From sequence record PV231354.1: a stretch of 64,000 nt of DNA; one strand, written 5' to 3'. Made by a program: the position numbers and the translations under genes. Below, one piece after another: positions 18,880 to 27,441 of this stretch; position 1 is the first letter of the stretch, and every line of letters begins with the position of its first letter. The notes below the pieces were generated by a model that saw nothing but the letters and a program-made list of their open reading frames with translations, made no database searches and had not been told where the DNA came from.

Positions 18880-19671
18880 CTAGGCGCGCGCGCGGGCCTT
18901 GGAGGCGACCGGCATCGCCGGCGCCAGGGCGCCCACCTTGCCGACCACCTTGCCCAGGATCACGATCTTGCTGGCCTCGACGTCGATGTGGTCCTTCAGG
19001 TCCGCGTCGTAGATGCGATAGGGGCCGGTCTTGCTCGGGCGCGTGACGTGCGCCACCTGCATGGTCTTGTTGAGCCCGTAGACGAACTCGCCGCCGGCCG
19101 CGTTGGGCTCGACCTCGCGGCGGACCACCGCCATGTCACCCGGATTGAGGCCGGGGGCGAAGTCGTGGATCGCCGCCAGGGCCAGATCGGTGGGCTCGGC
19201 TTCGAAGCGCTCGCGCAGCCAGTCCGGATCGAGGTTCCAGGTCCGCAGGCGCTGGAACTCGCCGGTGCGCGGCTTGAAGGTCAGTTCCTCGACCGGGTTG
19301 GGCGAGCCGACCCCGAAGGTGATGTACTCGGGGGTGGTCTTCAAGACGTGAGCGATCTGCTCCAGCACATCGATGTGTGGCTTGACGCTGTCGGACTCGT
19401 ACATGATGTAGGCGGTGCGCGCCAGGGGCCGACGCTCGCCAGCCTGCTTCGGCTCCCAGCCGGGTTTGGTGCTGACGTCCTTGCGCGAATTGCTCTGCTG
19501 GGTCAGGTAGACCCGCGACGCGACTTGTTCCTGGGTCAGGCCCAGGCCCATGCGGCAGGCGGTAATGCGCTGGCCGATGGTGCGAGGATGCGCGAGATCG
19601 GCATCCTTGTGGATCAGGGAACGAGACCGGTGCGCAGCAACGCCCGGCTTCATCTCGATCACGGTTTGCAT
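18880..19671 (-). CDS. XRE-family HTH transcriptional regulator with an S24-like C-terminal domain (repressor-like)
   Basis: IGQRITACRMGLGLTQEQVA...YESDSVKP..LEQIAHVLKTTPEYITFG HTH; C-terminal GDMAVV...ILGKVVG. Confidence 0.75.
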   Translation of the reverse strand: MQTVIEMKPGVAAHRSRSLIHKDADLAHPRTIGQRITACRMGLGLTQEQVASRVYLTQQSNSRKDVSTKPGWEPKQAGERRPLARTAYIMYESDSVKPHIDVLEQIAHVLKTTPEYITFGVGSPNPVEELTFKPRTGEFQRLRTWNLDPDWLRERFEAEPTDLALAAIHDFAPGLNPGDMAVVRREVEPNAAGGEFVYGLNKTMQVAHVTRPSKTGPYRIYDADLKDHIDVEASKIVILGKVVGKVGALAPAMPVASKARARA

Positions 19672-19857
19672 ATCGTTCTCCTCCGTCCGTTGAGAACCGC
19701 GTCATTGGGTGTCGTGGTAACCCATGACATTCGCGATGGTTCCCAGACGCAACGTCTGTTTGCCAATGTTGACAAAGAGGGATTTACACCCTCTTTGGCA
19801 ACACATCAAGGCCAGAGAAGAAAAAAGTTGACAGGTCGACTTAAGGGTGCGGCTGCA

Positions 19858-20541
19858 CTAATTCCCGGTGGAGCCGAAACCGCCGGCGCCGCGCGCGGTC
19901 GAGGCGAGGTCATCGACCTCGACGACGGGCACGATCAGGCACTGCTCAAGGATGATCTGGGCGATCCGGTCGCCCGGATTGATCACCACGTTCTCGCCGT
20001 AGAACGGCGCGCCGAAGACGTCGGCCTGCTTGCCGTGGTGGGTCAGGATGACCTTGACCTCGCCGGTGTAGTCCTCGTCCACCACGCCGGCCAGGACGCC
20101 CAGGCCCTTGACGCCCAGACCCGAGCGGGGCGCGACGCGGGCGTAGGTGCCTTCGGGCGCGGTCATCGCCAGCCCCGTCGACAGGAGCGCGCGCTCCCCA
20201 GGCCGCAGGGTCACCTTCTCGGTCCCGTCATAGTAGACGTCCAGGCCGGCGGCTTTGGGCGAGCCGCGCGTCGGCAGCTTGGCGGTCGGCGTCAGGCGCT
20301 TGACCTTCAGGACGGGCTCATTGCTGTTCATGCGCGTCATCTCCAGCGCCTCCGACCAGGAGACGAACTTCACGTCGCGCGTGAACCGGCCGTAGAGTTC
20401 GACGTCCTGGCCGCCCCCGACCTTGACCTCCGCCTCGATGCCGGACGCCGCCAGGGTGTCAGCCAGGGCGTAGGCCTGCTCGGCTTGCGCGGTCCGTTGG
20501 TAGAAGACGACAGCTTTGCTGTAAAGGCGGGTCGGGGACAT
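19858..20541 (-). CDS. dut: dUTPase with an N-terminal extension
   Basis: AAGLD, APRSGL, GVVDEDYTGE, GDRIAQ, RGAGGFGSTG motifs. Confidence 0.95.
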   Translation of the reverse strand: MSPTRLYSKAVVFYQRTAQAEQAYALADTLAASGIEAEVKVGGGQDVELYGRFTRDVKFVSWSEALEMTRMNSNEPVLKVKRLTPTAKLPTRGSPKAAGLDVYYDGTEKVTLRPGERALLSTGLAMTAPEGTYARVAPRSGLGVKGLGVLAGVVDEDYTGEVKVILTHHGKQADVFGAPFYGENVVINPGDRIAQIILEQCLIVPVVEVDDLASTARGAGGFGSTGN

Positions 20542-20558
20542 TATTTTCGGGCCTCTGG

Positions 20559-21923
20559 TTAACGGGGAATGTCGAGATGGTCGGCCAGATCATCGGCGCC
20601 GCCGATGAAGGCTTCTTCGGAGCCGTCGTCCGCGTCGAGCAGGAAGACCATCGGCGAGGAGTTCCAGGCCGGATGGCCCCAGTGGTTGCGCACCTCCTCG
20701 AACTTGGCGCGGCGGCCGACATCGCTCGGCTGGACCGCCTCGTAGGGGATGCCCAGGTCGTCGAGATAGGCCTTGGCCCGGTCGCAGTGCGGGCAGTCCT
20801 TCTTGGTGTAGACGCGGTACACCGTCACGTCCGGATCGTAGGTCTTGACGGGCGACACCGCCGGGCGCGTGACGCTCCAGTAGCGCAGCGGCTCGGGCAG
20901 TTCGCAAACCCCCTCGTCGGTGCAGCCGCCGGCGGCGTAGGGCGTCCACATCGGACGCTGGAGGAAGGCGAACGCGGTCGGCCAGCCGGCGACTTCGCCC
21001 TTGCCGTACTCGGTCGAGCGCTGCTCGAAGAAGTTGGCGTGGGTCGGGGCGTTCATGATCCAGTCGAGCCAGTCGAAGGGGTTCTCCTTCTGGCCGTAGT
21101 TGGGCTTCATGCCCAGTTGCAGCCACCGGCGGTCGGCGATGTAGCGGATGTACTTCTTGGTGTCCTCGGGCGTGACGCCGTCGACCTCGCCCAGGGCGAA
21201 GGCTTGGTCGATGAAGGCGTCTTCCAGGTCGACCATCCGGCGGCCGGCGTCGTAGATGCGCTTCTTGGTCTCGTCGTTCCAGGCGCGCGGGTGCTCCTTG
21301 ATCAACTCGTGCAGGAGCTTGATCATGCTCTCGACGTGGTGGGTCTCGTCGCGGATCGACCACTCCACGATCGTGGTCATGCCCTTCATCAGGCCGCGCC
21401 GCTGGTAGTTCATCAGCAGGGCGAACGAGGAGAAAAGCTGCATGCCTTCGCCGAAGGCCGAGAACACGGCGATGTCGACGATCAGGTCGGCGATCGACGT
21501 GCCGCTCTCGCGCTCGAACATGTACTCGTGCTTCTCGCGCATCGCCTGATAGTCCAGGAAGGCGCGGAACTCGACCTCGGGCAGGCCCAGGGTGTCGATC
21601 AGGGTGGCGTAGGCGTCGATGTGGTTGGCCTCGGCCGCCATGAACGAGGCCAGCATCATCCGCACCTCCGGGTGCGGGAAGCGCGGGCCGTACTTTTCGA
21701 AGTAGCCGCGCGCCACATCGACGTCGGCCTGGGTGAAGAAGCGGAAGAGTTGCGTAAGCTGGTTCTTCTCGCTGGGCTTGAGCTTCTCGTTCCAGTCCTG
21801 GATGTCGGTGTCCATCGGCGCCTCGTGGGGGAGCCAGTGGAGCGATTGCATGATCCGGTAGGCGTCGTAGGCCCAGGGGTAGGCGAAGGGCTTGTAGTAG
21901 TCGCGCGGCTTGAGCAGGGACAT
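20559..21923 (-). CDS. nrdB: Ribonucleotide reductase class I beta subunit fused to a C-terminal glutaredoxin
   Basis: FFTQAD, EANH, EGMQLFSSF, WSIRDETHH, NFFE..STEY; C-terminal YTKKDCPHC...PMVF...FIGGADDL. Confidence 0.92.
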   Translation of the reverse strand: MSLLKPRDYYKPFAYPWAYDAYRIMQSLHWLPHEAPMDTDIQDWNEKLKPSEKNQLTQLFRFFTQADVDVARGYFEKYGPRFPHPEVRMMLASFMAAEANHIDAYATLIDTLGLPEVEFRAFLDYQAMREKHEYMFERESGTSIADLIVDIAVFSAFGEGMQLFSSFALLMNYQRRGLMKGMTTIVEWSIRDETHHVESMIKLLHELIKEHPRAWNDETKKRIYDAGRRMVDLEDAFIDQAFALGEVDGVTPEDTKKYIRYIADRRWLQLGMKPNYGQKENPFDWLDWIMNAPTHANFFEQRSTEYGKGEVAGWPTAFAFLQRPMWTPYAAGGCTDEGVCELPEPLRYWSVTRPAVSPVKTYDPDVTVYRVYTKKDCPHCDRAKAYLDDLGIPYEAVQPSDVGRRAKFEEVRNHWGHPAWNSSPMVFLLDADDGSEEAFIGGADDLADHLDIPR

Positions 21924-21976
21924 GTGTGGGAGGTCTCGAAAGGAGGGATGGGGAGGTGAAGGGCGCCGGCGGCGCC

Positions 21977-24790
21977 CTAGCCCTCGCAGGCCACGCAGGT
22001 GGAGTCGGACGTCGGGTTCAGCGCCAGCAGCGCGGCCTCTTCGGCGGACCCCGTGGTCGGGACCTCCTCGGCGACGTCGATCTGCTTGCGCTCGACCTTG
22101 GTGTTGGTGTTCTCGGCCCGCTTGGGCGTCGTCGACCGCAGGTAGTACATCGACTTGACGCCGTACCCCTCGTTCCAGGCCAGGAAGGTGACTTCCGACA
22201 GCGTCTCGGCCGTGGCGTCGTGCGGGTGGAAGACGTTCAGGGACTGGCCCTGGCAGATGTCCTCCGTCCGCCCGACGGCCAGCCGCACGACCCAGCGCTG
22301 GTCGAGTTCCATCGCCGTCTTGTAGACGCGCTTCTTGTGGTCCAGGACCGCCGGGTCGACTTCGATGCCCAGGGCCTCGAAGAACTCGACCGAGAAGTGC
22401 TGGATCGAGCCCTCGTTGGCGACGATGGTCTTCCAGACCTCATCGGTGTCGGCGCCCAGGCTCGCCAGCCACGCGCGCAGCCAGCGGTTCTTGACCTGGA
22501 ACGAACCCGAGAGGGTCTTGTGCAGGAAGGTGTTGGCGCGGTTGGGCTCGATCGACGGCGAAGCGCCGCCGCAGAGGATCGACGAGGAGGCGTTGGGGGC
22601 CACCGCCAGCTTGTGGGCGAAGCGCTCGCCCGAGCCTTCCATGTCCGGAGCTTCGCCGCGCTCGGCGCCCAGGACCAGCGACGCCGCGTCGGCCTTGCGG
22701 CGCATGTGGCGGAAGATGGTCTTATTGAGCGTCTCGGCCGCCATGCTCTCGAACGGGATGTCGAGCGACTGGAGCAGCGAGTGGAAGCCCAGCAGGCCCA
22801 GGCCCACCGAGCGCTCGCGCACGGCGCTGTAGGAGGCCCGGTGCATCTCGTCCGGCGCGTTGTCGATGAACACCTGGAGGCAGTTGTCCAGCATGCGCAT
22901 CAGGTCTTCGATGAAGGTCGGGTGATCCTTCCACTCGACCCACTTCTCGGCGTTGACGCTCGACAGGCAGCAGACGGCCGTGCGCATCTTGCCGAACACG
23001 TCGCGGCCGGTGCCCAGCATGATCTCCGAGCAGTTGCCCGTCAGGTAGCCGTTGAAGACCAGCCGGTTCCGCTTGGGCTCGGTGGCGCAGAAGACGTCAG
23101 CCTTGTGGGCGAGCGGATGCACGCTGGCGACCGTGGCGGCCAGCTTGGGCGCGACCTCGATCTGGTGGGCCGCGTCGATCTGCTCGGCGGTCTTGGACAG
23201 CACCGCGCCGACCTTCGACAGGTACGCCACGTCCCAGGCCGACAGCGAGAAGGCGCTGACCGTGTCGGTCAGGCGGATGCGCGGATGCAGGCCCGTCTCG
23301 ACGGCCATCAGGCGCATCTCGCGGATCAGGTCCGCGTCGGTCGAGCCGACCGTCAGCCAGCGCACGCCGTCGATCTCGACCCATTCGCCAGCCGCGTCCA
23401 GCGCCCCGCCCAGCCACGCCAGACGGCGGCTCGGGGTGTGATGGAACGGCACGACGCCGGTGGCCAGCGTCAGGGGGTCATAGCGCAGGGTGGTGCCCGC
23501 CTCGTCGCCTTCCAGGTTCAGCGACAGCGCCGACAGGGTCTTGAGCACCGCGTCGGGCAGGCCCGCCGGCACGAAGGCCGACAGACGGTTCTTGTCGCTG
23601 AAGCCAGCGAAGGTCGTCCAGCCGGCCGTGTAGGCGACTTCCAGCGGTGGGCTGGCGTCGCTGACGCCCTCGGTGATCGGCACGTTGGCCTTGGCCAGCA
23701 CCGTGCCGTCCTTCAGTTCGCCGGCGCGGACCTCGACGCCCGCCTCGGTGTAGAACTTGTGGTAGGGAGTGCAGTCGATGAAGTCGCCGTCCTCGAACCA
23801 GACGCGGACCAGTTCGGCCTTCTCGTCGGTGGCGTTGGTCTGGTGGATCAGGACGTTGCTGAACTCGACGCCGTTCCAGACGTCATGGAAGCCGCCGGCC
23901 AGCGAGGCGATCGGCAGGTGACCGTTGCGGGTCAGGATTTCGGTCTCGCCCGCCACGCAGAGGTTCGACTGGCGAACGCTCAGGCCAAGCTTCTTCTGCC
24001 GGTCCGGGAAGTGGCGGTTGGAGGTGTCGATGAAGTGGATGTAGGGCTCGCCCGTCTGCACGCGCGTCTCGATCAGCAGGCGCCACAGGTCGCGCGCCCG
24101 CTCCATGCGGATCACCTCGCCCGTCTTGGGCGAGCGCAGGGCGAAGTCGGTGTCGTCGCGCACCGCGATCATGAACTCGTCGGTGACGTTGACCGCGTTG
24201 TGCAGGTTGGTGATCTTGCGGTTGTGGTCCCCGCCCGTCGGCTTGCGCGCGGTGATGAACTCGCGGATTTCCGGGTGGTGGATGTCCAGGTAGACGGCGT
24301 TGGAGCCCCGACGCGTGCCGCCCTGGCTGACGGCCAGGATCAGGCGGTCGTCCACGGCCATGAACGGGATGACGCCGGTCGACTGCGAACCCTTGGAGGT
24401 CTTCTCGCCCAGGCCGCGCAGGGCGCCGTAATAGGAGCCGATGCCGCCGCCCATCGACGACAGCCAGATGACCTCGTCATAGTGCTCGGAGATCGACTCG
24501 CGGCTGTCCTCGATCGCGGTGAGGAAGCAGGAGATCGGCAGGCCACGGGCCGAGCCGCCGTTCGACAGCAGCGGGGTGGCGTACATGAACCAGAGGTTCG
24601 AGACGTAGTCGTACAGACGCTGGCCGTGCTCGGCGTCATCCGCAAAGGCCGCACTCGCGCGCGCGAAGGCCTCCTGGGGGGACGTTTCCCCAGGCAGCAG
24701 ATAGCGTTCACGGAGGGTCTGAAGGGTGAAGTCGTCGAGCAGGGCGTCGCGGGTGAGATCGATCTTGATTTCGTGCGTTGCGACAGCCAT
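21977..24790 (-). CDS. nrdA: Ribonucleotide reductase class I alpha subunit, intein-containing
   Basis: ATPLLSN, PISCF, SQGGTRRG, TGEPY, SNL|intein|CSEI, APNASSS, ICQGQSLN, KSMYYLR, C-terminal CVACEG; start at ATG 24790. Confidence 0.95.
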   Translation of the reverse strand: MAVATHEIKIDLTRDALLDDFTLQTLRERYLLPGETSPQEAFARASAAFADDAEHGQRLYDYVSNLWFMYATPLLSNGGSARGLPISCFLTAIEDSRESISEHYDEVIWLSSMGGGIGSYYGALRGLGEKTSKGSQSTGVIPFMAVDDRLILAVSQGGTRRGSNAVYLDIHHPEIREFITARKPTGGDHNRKITNLHNAVNVTDEFMIAVRDDTDFALRSPKTGEVIRMERARDLWRLLIETRVQTGEPYIHFIDTSNRHFPDRQKKLGLSVRQSNLCVAGETEILTRNGHLPIASLAGGFHDVWNGVEFSNVLIHQTNATDEKAELVRVWFEDGDFIDCTPYHKFYTEAGVEVRAGELKDGTVLAKANVPITEGVSDASPPLEVAYTAGWTTFAGFSDKNRLSAFVPAGLPDAVLKTLSALSLNLEGDEAGTTLRYDPLTLATGVVPFHHTPSRRLAWLGGALDAAGEWVEIDGVRWLTVGSTDADLIREMRLMAVETGLHPRIRLTDTVSAFSLSAWDVAYLSKVGAVLSKTAEQIDAAHQIEVAPKLAATVASVHPLAHKADVFCATEPKRNRLVFNGYLTGNCSEIMLGTGRDVFGKMRTAVCCLSSVNAEKWVEWKDHPTFIEDLMRMLDNCLQVFIDNAPDEMHRASYSAVRERSVGLGLLGFHSLLQSLDIPFESMAAETLNKTIFRHMRRKADAASLVLGAERGEAPDMEGSGERFAHKLAVAPNASSSILCGGASPSIEPNRANTFLHKTLSGSFQVKNRWLRAWLASLGADTDEVWKTIVANEGSIQHFSVEFFEALGIEVDPAVLDHKKRVYKTAMELDQRWVVRLAVGRTEDICQGQSLNVFHPHDATAETLSEVTFLAWNEGYGVKSMYYLRSTTPKRAENTNTKVERKQIDVAEEVPTTGSAEEAALLALNPTSDSTCVACEG
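23033..23959 (-). mobile_element. Intein (309 aa) in NrdA with LAGLIDADG-like endonuclease remnants
   Basis: Begins CVAGETEILTRNG, ends NRLVFNGYLTGN before extein Cys; internal AYTAGW and RLAWLGGALDAAG blocks; excision restores SNLCSE. Confidence 0.9.
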
Positions 24791-24866
24791 GGGGTCTCGT
24801 TCTCGCGACAAGGCGCGATGCGTTAAAAAGCCCTGAGAAATCAGGGCCTTAAGATGAAAGCAAAGG

Positions 24867-24910
24867 ATGGTTAAGATAGCCTGAGGGGTCCCGAAAGTCA
24901 AGATTCACGA
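24867..24910 (-). promoter_or_regulatory. nrdA promoter (TCGTGAATCTTGACT-17-TATCTT) with an overlapping TTAACCAT
   Basis: Reverse-strand copy of the repeated motif at 24897-24910. Confidence 0.65.
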
Positions 24911-24952
24911 CAGTCGCGAACCCCTCAAAGATTCCTTGACAGACCCTGGGAT

Positions 24953-25189
24953 TTACTCGTCGGCGAACTTCATCCCGGCCGCCTTCAGGATGTCCTTGGT
25001 ATTGCAAGGCTTTCCGTCCAGCAGGAAGCAGGTCTTGGTTTCGCGGACCCGGTCGCCCAGCGCCGCCATCGCCCGCTCCAGGATGGTCAGCCCATCGCCA
25101 AGCGGCGCGATCAGGGCGCCGGTTTCGCGGGGAAGGCGAGGACCGCTGGTGCTCGCCTTCTCGGGTTTCTTGGCGCGCTTAGCGGACAA
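24953..25189 (-). CDS. Hypothetical protein
   Basis: Small basic ORF, co-oriented and coupled with its neighbours. Confidence 0.55.
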   Translation of the reverse strand: MSAKRAKKPEKASTSGPRLPRETGALIAPLGDGLTILERAMAALGDRVRETKTCFLLDGKPCNTKDILKAAGMKFADE

Positions 25190-25529
25190 CGCCCTGGACC
25201 CCGACGATGCTGCGGAACTTGTCGAGGGCGGCGTCGACGTCTTGACCGCTGGCGATCTGGGCCGACAGGTCTGAGACGGCGGTGTTGATCTTGTCGACTT
25301 CGGCCTTGAACACGTCGGGCGTGTCCTTCAGGATGTTGACCAGGGCCAGGATCACGATGTCGACCACCGGGATGCGGATGGTCTCGCCGTCGGCTTCGTT
25401 GAACGAGGCCAGCGACAGGCCGATGGTAAAGCCGCCGGGGTTGGTGGGGCTTTCGGTCAGGGCGAGCACCGACTGGGCGGTGATCACCTCTTCGCGGACC
25501 GGGATGAAATCTTCAGTGGGGGAGGTCAT
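25179..25529 (-). CDS. Hypothetical protein
   Basis: Overlaps both neighbours; phage-like codon usage. Confidence 0.6.
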   Translation of the reverse strand: MTSPTEDFIPVREEVITAQSVLALTESPTNPGGFTIGLSLASFNEADGETIRIPVVDIVILALVNILKDTPDVFKAEVDKINTAVSDLSAQIASGQDVDAALDKFRSIVGVQGVVR

Positions 25530-25812
25530 GGGATTCCTGCTGCATGAGGAGAGCGATGCGGTTGGCGGCGTCGACTTCGTTGATCGGGCCGGCGGCGAGC
25601 AGGGCGTCGATCGTGTCGGCGATCACCCCCTGCTGGTCGAGGGTCATGATCGCGAGCCCGTAGAGGAGCGCCTGAGAGGCGTGCCGGCGGATGCTCGGCA
25701 CCGTCTGGTGGATGATGAGGTCGACCTCGCCGCGATCGCCATCGGCCGGCACGTAGGCCGCGAGGGAGAACTGCGGCTCCAGGTCTTCGGGGATGGCGAG
25801 CGGGGCGTTCAT
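25513..25812 (-). CDS. Hypothetical protein
   Basis: Start at MNAPLAIP (ATG 25812), downstream of a motif variant at 25852-25865. Confidence 0.6.
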   Translation of the reverse strand: MNAPLAIPEDLEPQFSLAAYVPADGDRGEVDLIIHQTVPSIRRHASQALLYGLAIMTLDQQGVIADTIDALLAAGPINEVDAANRIALLMQQESHDLPH

Positions 25813-25904
25813 GGGCGGCTCCGGGGGATGTCGTGTCTCCCGACAAGACATGTCAGGATTCACGACATCGGTCAACGTGGTTAATGGGCGGGTGCGCGCT
25901 TTTG

Positions 25905-26855
25905 TCAGGCGTCCCAGACCGCCTCGCCCGGCACGAACTTGCGGAACTGCTCAAAGCCCCGGAAATTGCCGCAGCGGTTCTTCGGCAGGATGCCGCTGGG
26001 GCGGTAGGCGCGCGCTTGGTGCTCCAGGGGCGAGGCGTGGACGGGCTGAGAGCCGGCCAGCTTCATGAAGGTGCCCACGTCGCGCACGAGGTTGGCCTTG
26101 GAGCCGTCGAAGTCGCGGTAGCTGGCGCGCGCGCTGCGGGCCGCCGACGAAACGATGAGCAGGCGGCTCACGTCGGGTTCGCCTTGCAGGTAGGGCGCGA
26201 ACGCGAAGTCGACCATGTCCAGGAGGTAGTGCCCCTGGACTTCTTCATCGCGCAGGAACTTCTTGATCTCGTCGGTGTCGGCCTCCAGGTCGACGAACGG
26301 CAGGTGCCATTCGTTCGGCCCCAGCAGGCGCGGCGTCTGGTCCTCCAGGAGATTGCGCACCTGCCGGGCCAGGACCTGGATTTCATCCTGGGCGCCGGCG
26401 TCGTCGCGCAGGGTCAGGAAGTTGATCCAGTCGGTGGCCGAGACCACCACCGAGATGTAGCCGAAGAACTCGGTGGCGCGGTTCACCCACTGCTTGTGGA
26501 TGTTGAGCCCGCCTTCGGCGCGCGGCAGGCCCAGCTTGGCGACGCCGGCGCGCACCGCGTCGGCCATCTCCATCCAGATCGCCTCGGCCGCTTCCTGGTC
26601 GGCGTTGGAGAGGTACTCGCCCGGCTGCATGCCCGGCTGGTTCTCGCGGAAGAGCGGGATGTAGGGCGCGTCCAGCAGCATCTTCTTGAGCGGGATGGCC
26701 CGGCTCGACGAGGCGTTGCGGCTGAACACCCGGTGGGTCATGAAGTCGGCGTGGACCATGCGCGGATAGCGCAGCAGCAGGCTGTCCAGGCGCTTGCCGT
26801 CATGGGTGATCGACGACGCCAGGGGCGTCGTCTGCACGAAGTCGAGAGTGGGCAT
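25905..26855 (-). CDS. thyX: FAD-dependent thymidylate synthase ThyX-like
   Basis: THRVFSRNASSSRA (RHRxxSxxxxSxR-like) and HASPLEHQA motifs; nucleotide-metabolism context. Confidence 0.85.
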   Translation of the reverse strand: MPTLDFVQTTPLASSITHDGKRLDSLLLRYPRMVHADFMTHRVFSRNASSSRAIPLKKMLLDAPYIPLFRENQPGMQPGEYLSNADQEAAEAIWMEMADAVRAGVAKLGLPRAEGGLNIHKQWVNRATEFFGYISVVVSATDWINFLTLRDDAGAQDEIQVLARQVRNLLEDQTPRLLGPNEWHLPFVDLEADTDEIKKFLRDEEVQGHYLLDMVDFAFAPYLQGEPDVSRLLIVSSAARSARASYRDFDGSKANLVRDVGTFMKLAGSQPVHASPLEHQARAYRPSGILPKNRCGNFRGFEQFRKFVPGEAVWDA

Positions 26856-26856
26856 G

Positions 26857-27432
26857 TCAGTCCTTGTCGAAGACGATCATTTCGATCGCGGCGTGGAGGT
26901 CGGCGATCTCGCGATCGTTGGTGATCGTCCAGTCCGGGACGATCTTGGCCATCTCGGTCTCGGAGGCGTGCTGGGAGGCCGCATCCGTGGCGCGCTTGCG
27001 CGGGTCCTGGACCCGGATGATCACGCCCTTCAGGCCCCGGACCATCTCGGCCTCGTTAAGGAACCGGCAGTCCGAGCAGACCACGCCGGCGACTTCCCGA
27101 ACGCCGCCGAAGCCGTTGGTCACCTTGCCATCGAGATAGGCCCTGGCCTTGTTCGCCCAGGCCTGGACCCAGGTGTCGTCGACATAGTGGCGGAACATGT
27201 CCGTCCCGATGTGCTGGAGGATTTCGCGCGGGCTCTTGAACGGCCAGCGATCGAGCTTGGTCTCCTTCAGGACCGGGTCCAGCATCTCCTCCATCGTCAC
27301 GCCGTAGGCGATCTTGGCGATCTCCCGCAGCGGGTCGGCGAAGTTGATGTGGACATAGCCCCTGGCTTCCAGGGCGGCGGCGGCCGTGGACTTGCCATGT
27401 CCACGGGGGCCGGTGATGGCGACGATGTTCAT
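26857..27432 (-). CDS. Deoxynucleoside monophosphate kinase
   Basis: ITGPRGHGKST P-loop, FADPLRE, PREILQHIGTD, SDCRFLNE, HASE. Confidence 0.88.
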   Translation of the reverse strand: MNIVAITGPRGHGKSTAAAALEARGYVHINFADPLREIAKIAYGVTMEEMLDPVLKETKLDRWPFKSPREILQHIGTDMFRHYVDDTWVQAWANKARAYLDGKVTNGFGGVREVAGVVCSDCRFLNEAEMVRGLKGVIIRVQDPRKRATDAASQHASETEMAKIVPDWTITNDREIADLHAAIEMIVFDKD

Positions 27433-27441
27433 CGGGGTCTC

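Noticed and set aside
24791-24901. N-terminal extension of NrdA in the ORF track
   Set aside because: Overlaps the promoter; homology and RBS favour ATG 24790
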